A stretch of 64,000 bases of DNA from Defluviicoccus sp. (GTDB lineage: Bacteria; Pseudomonadota; Alphaproteobacteria; MPNO01): the NCBI GenBank assembly GCA_022823775.1, contig JAJEHI010000086.1:1309-65308 (forward strand), read 5' to 3'. The position numbers and the translations under genes were made by a program. The notes under the pieces are model-generated. The model was not told the DNA's origin. It worked only from the letters and a program-made list of their open reading frames with translations, and ran no database searches. Within the stretch, counting starts at the first letter, position 1. Each line of letters opens with the position of its first letter. Of the stretch, positions 60,352 through 64,000 are shown one piece after another.

Positions 60352-61506
60352 ATGAGCTCAGCCACCCCGACGATCCGATCGATCGCCTCCGGCGCCATCC
60401 TGGCCGCGGCGATGTGCCTCGCCGCGACGGCTTCGGGCGCGATGGAAACGCCGGCGAAGCAGGCCTACATCGTCGACCTGGAGACCGGGACGGTGCTGCT
60501 GGAGAAGGACAGCACCACCCCCACCCCGCCCGCGTCGTTGAGCAAGCTGATGACGCTCTACATGGTTTTCGAGCAGCTCAAGCAGGGAAAACTCTCCCTC
60601 GACGACAAGTTCGTCGTCAGCCGCAAGGCCTGGAAGATGGGCGGCTCCAAGATGTTCGTCGAAGTCGACAAGCGGGTGCGCGTCGAAGACCTGGTGCGGG
60701 GGATCGTCGTCCAGTCGGGCAACGACGCCTGCATCGTGGTCGCCGAAGCGATGTCGGGCTCGGAAAGCGCGTTCGCCGACGCGATGAACCGCAGGGCGGC
60801 GGAAATCGGTCTTACCGACACCCACCTCGTCAATTCCACCGGTTGGCCGGCCGACAGCCACCTCATGAGCCCGCGCGACCTCGCCGTTCTCGCGCAGCGC
60901 ATCATCGAGGAATTTCCGGAATATTATCCCTATTTTGCGGAGAAATCCTTCCGCTACAACAAGATCAAACAGGGGAACCGCAACCCCCTGCTCTACCGCG
61001 ACACCGGGGCGGACGGCCTGAAGACCGGCCATACGCGGGCGTCGGGCTACGGGCTCGTGGCGTCGGCCGTGCGCAACGGCCGGCGCGTGATGATGGTGCT
61101 CACCGGACTGCCGAGCGCCAGGACCCGGTCGTTCGAGGCGCGCCGCCTGCTGGACTGGGCCTATCAGTCATTCAAGAACTACGACCTCTTCCAGAGCGGC
61201 GCCGTCGTGGAGAATGCGGACGTCTGGCTCGGCGACGACGAGACGGTGCCGCTGGTTGCGGAGCGCGACGTCAAGATCTCCCTGCCCCGCGCCTCGCGCC
61301 GGGGGCTCAAGGCGAAAGTCGTCTACGAGGGTCCGGTTCCGGCGCCGATCGCCAAGGGAACGAAAATCGCGAGCCTCGTGATCACGGCCCCCGATTTCGA
61401 TACGATCGAAGTGCCTCTCGTCGCCGGCGCCGATGTCGCACGGGTCGGCATCTTCGGCCGGCTGGGCGCGGCGATTTCCTACATGGTCTGGGGCGCCGAT
61501 CGCTAA
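60352..61506 (+). CDS. D-alanyl-D-alanine carboxypeptidase (PBP5/6-type, serine peptidase S11)
   Basis: Signal peptide. SxxK (ASLSKLMT), SGN (QSGND) and KTG (KTGHT) motifs. ATG with an AAGGGG RBS. An upstream TTG alternative exists at 60268. Confidence 0.85.
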   Translation: MSSATPTIRSIASGAILAAAMCLAATASGAMETPAKQAYIVDLETGTVLLEKDSTTPTPPASLSKLMTLYMVFEQLKQGKLSLDDKFVVSRKAWKMGGSKMFVEVDKRVRVEDLVRGIVVQSGNDACIVVAEAMSGSESAFADAMNRRAAEIGLTDTHLVNSTGWPADSHLMSPRDLAVLAQRIIEEFPEYYPYFAEKSFRYNKIKQGNRNPLLYRDTGADGLKTGHTRASGYGLVASAVRNGRRVMMVLTGLPSARTRSFEARRLLDWAYQSFKNYDLFQSGAVVENADVWLGDDETVPLVAERDVKISLPRASRRGLKAKVVYEGPVPAPIAKGTKIASLVITAPDFDTIEVPLVAGADVARVGIFGRLGAAISYMVWGADR

Positions 61507-61513
61507 CAGGCAT

Positions 61514-61596
61514 GTCGGCGTTAGTCGACTGAAACCGCTCGCTTTTCCAAGGCTCGCGGACCGGTTGTGCCGCGGCAATCCGACTAACGCGACTGT
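61514..61596 (+). promoter_or_regulatory. Inverted repeat / candidate operator region upstream of bufA
   Basis: cggcgttagtcgact ... atccgactaacgcgac form a 10-12-bp inverted repeat separated by about 55 nt. A GTGAT-N7-ATCAC palindrome follows (61607-61623). They lie between the dacC stop and the AAGGAG RBS of bufA. Confidence 0.3.
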
Positions 61597-61708
61597 GAAT
61601 TGTTGTGATGGTGGGTATCACTTAGGGTCATGTCGTGGCTATGCCCGAAGTTACGGGGCGCCATGTCGTTTTTCCATACACCTGTCCCATCGACAAGGAG
61701 ACGAACCG

Positions 61709-62008
61709 ATGACCAAGAGCCCAGTGTTTCTCGCGGCCGCGCTTCTGGCCGCCGCCAATTTCGCCGCCTCCGACGCGGCTCAAGCGGCCGACAAGCAGGA
61801 GAAGTGCTACGGCGTCTCGCTCGCCGGCAAGAACGACTGCAAGGCGGGTCCGGGAACGAGTTGCCAGGGCAGCTCGACCGTGGACTACCAGGGGAATGCC
61901 TGGAAGCTGGTCCCCGCCGGATCGTGCGAGGGTATGTCCTTCAAGACCAAGGACGGCCGGACGGTGTCAGGCAGCCTGAAGGAGCTGAAGCGCGACATTC
62001 CGAGCTGA
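61709..62008 (+). CDS. bufA: DUF2282-family secreted Cys-containing peptide (bufferin-type RiPP precursor, BufA-like)
   Basis: 99-aa product with a Sec signal peptide ([26 protein letters not shown]). The core has four Cys in the conserved spacing ([46 protein letters not shown]). AAGGAG RBS. Confidence 0.75.
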   Translation: MTKSPVFLAAALLAAANFAASDAAQAADKQEKCYGVSLAGKNDCKAGPGTSCQGSSTVDYQGNAWKLVPAGSCEGMSFKTKDGRTVSGSLKELKRDIPS

Positions 62009-62063
62009 TCGGATAACGTCCGGGACGCCGTCCGGGCCTTCGACCCGGCGGCGACCGGACGAT

Positions 62064-62957
62064 TTGTCGACGAATCCGGCAATGCCGGCACTTTATCCTT
62101 TCACGCCGTTTACCTCGCGGATGCCCGCGCGGGCCGGCGTCGGGTTCAAGGGCGAGCATGCGGAGACGGTCTGCGGGGACCGACCGGACGTCGGCTGGTT
62201 CGAGGTCCATCCGGAAAACTACATGGTTGCCGGCGGGCCGAGGCTCGCGGTGCTCGAGGAGCTGCGCGGCAATTACCCGCTGTCGCTGCACGGCGTAGGC
62301 CTGTCGCTCGGCGGTGCCGAACGACTCGACTCCGACCATTTGAGAGCCTTCCGCGAGCTGGCGGACCGCTTCGAGCCGGGGCTGATTTCCGAACACATCG
62401 CCTGGTCCGCGCATGGCGGGATGTGGTTCGCGGACCTGCTCCCTCCGAGCCTTAGCCGGGCCGGCCTCGACCGCATTTGCGACAATATCGACGAGACGCA
62501 GGAAGCGCTCGGCCGTGCGATCCTGATCGAGAACCCGGCCAACTACCTCGTCTTGCCGGACCGCGACATGGACGAGGTCGCTTTCATCGTCGAAACGGCG
62601 AGGCGGACCGGTTGCGGCCTGCTGGTCGACGTCAACAACATCTACGTCAGTGCCGAAAATGTCGGCATCGACGCGGACGCCTATATCGATGCCGTCCCTG
62701 CCGACCTCATCGGGGAAATCCATCTTGCCGGCTTCACGGTCGACGAGCACGCCGGCGAGCGTCTGCTGATCGACAGCCACGGCGCGGCGGTCGACGCCGC
62801 GGTCTGGCGGCTCTACGACAGGCTGATCGCGCGAGTCGGGCCGCGCCCGACACTGGTCGAGTGGGACAAGGACATTCCCGACTGGGACGTGCTGCATGCC
62901 GAAGCGGTCGAGGCGGAGAGCCGCCTGGCCCGCCTTGCCGAGCCGGTGCCGGCATGA
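62064..62957 (+). CDS. bufB: DUF692-family multinuclear non-heme iron oxidase (MNIO, BufB-like) RiPP maturase
   Basis: 297-aa TIM-barrel-type DUF692 product (VGFKGEH...HPENYM...HGVGLSLGG...ISEHIAWS...LIEN). Immediately downstream of the DUF2282 precursor. Confidence 0.8.
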   Translation: MSTNPAMPALYPFTPFTSRMPARAGVGFKGEHAETVCGDRPDVGWFEVHPENYMVAGGPRLAVLEELRGNYPLSLHGVGLSLGGAERLDSDHLRAFRELADRFEPGLISEHIAWSAHGGMWFADLLPPSLSRAGLDRICDNIDETQEALGRAILIENPANYLVLPDRDMDEVAFIVETARRTGCGLLVDVNNIYVSAENVGIDADAYIDAVPADLIGEIHLAGFTVDEHAGERLLIDSHGAAVDAAVWRLYDRLIARVGPRPTLVEWDKDIPDWDVLHAEAVEAESRLARLAEPVPA

Positions 62958-62970
62958 GGAGGCGCCTGGG

Positions 62971-63750
62971 ATGAGCGCGCCTCTGGCTGCCCGGCAGGCG
63001 GATTTCGCCGCGGCCCTGAGAGACCCCTCGCCGGATGCGGTGCCGGACGGTTTCTCCGAAGCCGCCGCCCGGCGTTTCCGCGTATACCGCAACAATGTGC
63101 GCGTCGCGCTGATAGAGGCGCTTGCAGCCGCCTACCCGGCGGTGTCGAGGCTGGTCGGAGAGCCCTTCTTCCACCGCATGGCCGGCGTCTACGCGGCGGA
63201 GGAACCCTCGCGCGAGCGCACGCTCAATCTCTACGGCGAAAACTTCGCGGATTTCGTCGCCGGCTTCGCTCCGGCTGGCGAGTTGCCCTATCTCGCCGAC
63301 ATCGCCCGGCTCGAACGCGCGGTGCTCGAAGCGCGCCATGCGGCCGATGCCCCGGTGCTGGACCCGGCCGCGGCGGCCGCTCTCGGTTCCAGGCTCGCTT
63401 CCGCGTGGCTGATACCGCACCCGGCGACCCGGCTGGTGCGCTCCGAATATCCGGTTGCCGAGATCTGGCACGCCAACACGGCCGAGGCGCCGACGCCGGA
63501 CGACCTGGTCCTGACCGCGGGAGCTGCCGGCGCGCTGGTGTCGCGGCCCGCGCTGTCCGTTTCGGTGCAAGCTCTGGCGCCGGGCCGATGCGCATTCGCG
63601 GAAACCCTGCTGGACGGCGGCGATCCGGCCGCCGCGCATGCGGCCGCGGCCTCGCGTGAAGAAGATTTCGACGTTATACCGGCATTCAGGGACCTGCTTG
63701 CCGCGGGCGCCTTCGCGGGCGTCGCGAACGAACCGGGCGAAGGAGGGTAG
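62971..63750 (+). CDS. bufC: DUF2063-family MNIO partner protein (BufC-like)
   Basis: Start at MSAPLAARQADFAAALRD, which has a GAGGAGG RBS. DUF2063 N-terminal domain pattern (FRVYRNNVRVALIEALAAAYP). Overlaps the bufB stop region. Confidence 0.7.
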   Translation: MSAPLAARQADFAAALRDPSPDAVPDGFSEAAARRFRVYRNNVRVALIEALAAAYPAVSRLVGEPFFHRMAGVYAAEEPSRERTLNLYGENFADFVAGFAPAGELPYLADIARLERAVLEARHAADAPVLDPAAAAALGSRLASAWLIPHPATRLVRSEYPVAEIWHANTAEAPTPDDLVLTAGAAGALVSRPALSVSVQALAPGRCAFAETLLDGGDPAAAHAAAASREEDFDVIPAFRDLLAAGAFAGVANEPGEGG

Positions 63751-63752
63751 CG

Positions 63753-64000
63753 ATGGGTGGCCTGTCGAACATGGTGCGGCAACTGGTCGATCTCGGCCAC
63801 CGTATCGCGGAGCCCGTGACGGGCGGGCTGGGGCCGGTCGCGCTGCTCGCGCTACGGCTGCCCGTCGCCATCGTCTTCTGGCGCTCCGGCCGCGCCAAGG
63901 TGGAGGGGTGGAACATCTTTTCCGTCGGCGACTCGCAGTATTTCCTGTTCCGCGAGGAGTTCGGCATGCCGATGCCGGAACTGACCGCGCATGTGACCGC
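63753..64000 (+). CDS. bufD: DoxX-family membrane protein (BufD-like), 3' end beyond the window
   Basis: ATG with an AGGAGGG RBS. The N-terminus MGGLSNMVRQLVDLGHRIAEPVTGGLGPVALLALRLPVAIVFWRSGRAKV is typical of DoxX. Truncated by the window end. Confidence 0.6.
   Translation, partial: MGGLSNMVRQLVDLGHRIAEPVTGGLGPVALLALRLPVAIVFWRSGRAKVEGWNIFSVGDSQYFLFREEFGMPMPELTAHVT

Noticed and set aside
59124-61532. 802-aa plus-strand ORF overlapping the amidohydrolase and dacC.
   Set aside because: It is out of frame with or antisense to genes that have clear family motifs. The composition is Arg/Gly/Pro-rich.

Overview
This is a high-GC chromosomal segment that looks alphaproteobacterial, judged from gene content and synteny: metG-holB-tmk, plsX-fabH-ihfA-MerR-tRNA-Pro, and rpiB-glyA-nrdR-ribD-ribE-ribBA-ribH-nusB-thiL. 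The ORF track contains very many antisense and overlapping ORFs. I called about 70 features, choosing one frame per locus using recognisable protein families, start/RBS context and operon logic.

Core housekeeping regions:
- 1-5.4 kb: tatD, metG, holB, tmk, rlpA and an MltB-like gene.
- 26.7-34 kb: the plsX/fabH/ihfA/rpmF/yceD/bamE/hppA block.
- 35.5-42.7 kb: the riboflavin/nusB/thiL/glyA/rpiB operon.

Accessory-looking stretches interleaved with these:
- 7.5-18.4 kb: a catabolic cluster with CoA-transferase A/B, a vapBC insertion, an orphan TRAP binding protein, Zn-ADH, SDR, a MetE-C-terminal-like protein, a standalone ACP and hydantoinase A/B.
- 19.1-22.7 kb: a three-subunit xanthine-dehydrogenase-family Mo-hydroxylase operon in FAD/Fe-S/large order.
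- 24,990-25,205: a 71-aa SelW/Rdx-type selenoprotein with an in-frame UGA, missed by the ORF caller.
- 48.2-52.1 kb: a tRNA-Ser(UGA) followed by a PaaK-like ligase and two tandem QueG/RdhA-superfamily paralogues.
- 53.4-60.2 kb: a higBA toxin-antitoxin pair plus a cytoplasmic reductive-dehalogenase-like protein next to an ACMSD-type decarboxylase.
- 61.7 kb to the window end: a bufferin-type RiPP operon (DUF2282 precursor, DUF692/MNIO oxidase, DUF2063 partner, DoxX), cut off at the window end.

Other observations: a small N-terminally anchored protein built from seven perfect 21-bp (heptad) tandem repeats; a decayed relic of a FAD-subunit gene upstream of the Mo-hydroxylase operon; a ribBA whose cyclohydrolase II domain lacks the zinc-binding cysteines, with a separate intact ribA elsewhere.

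No CRISPR arrays, transposases or integrases were seen. Coordinates are from codon arithmetic on the ORF track, and text-derived positions may be off by about 1 nt in places.
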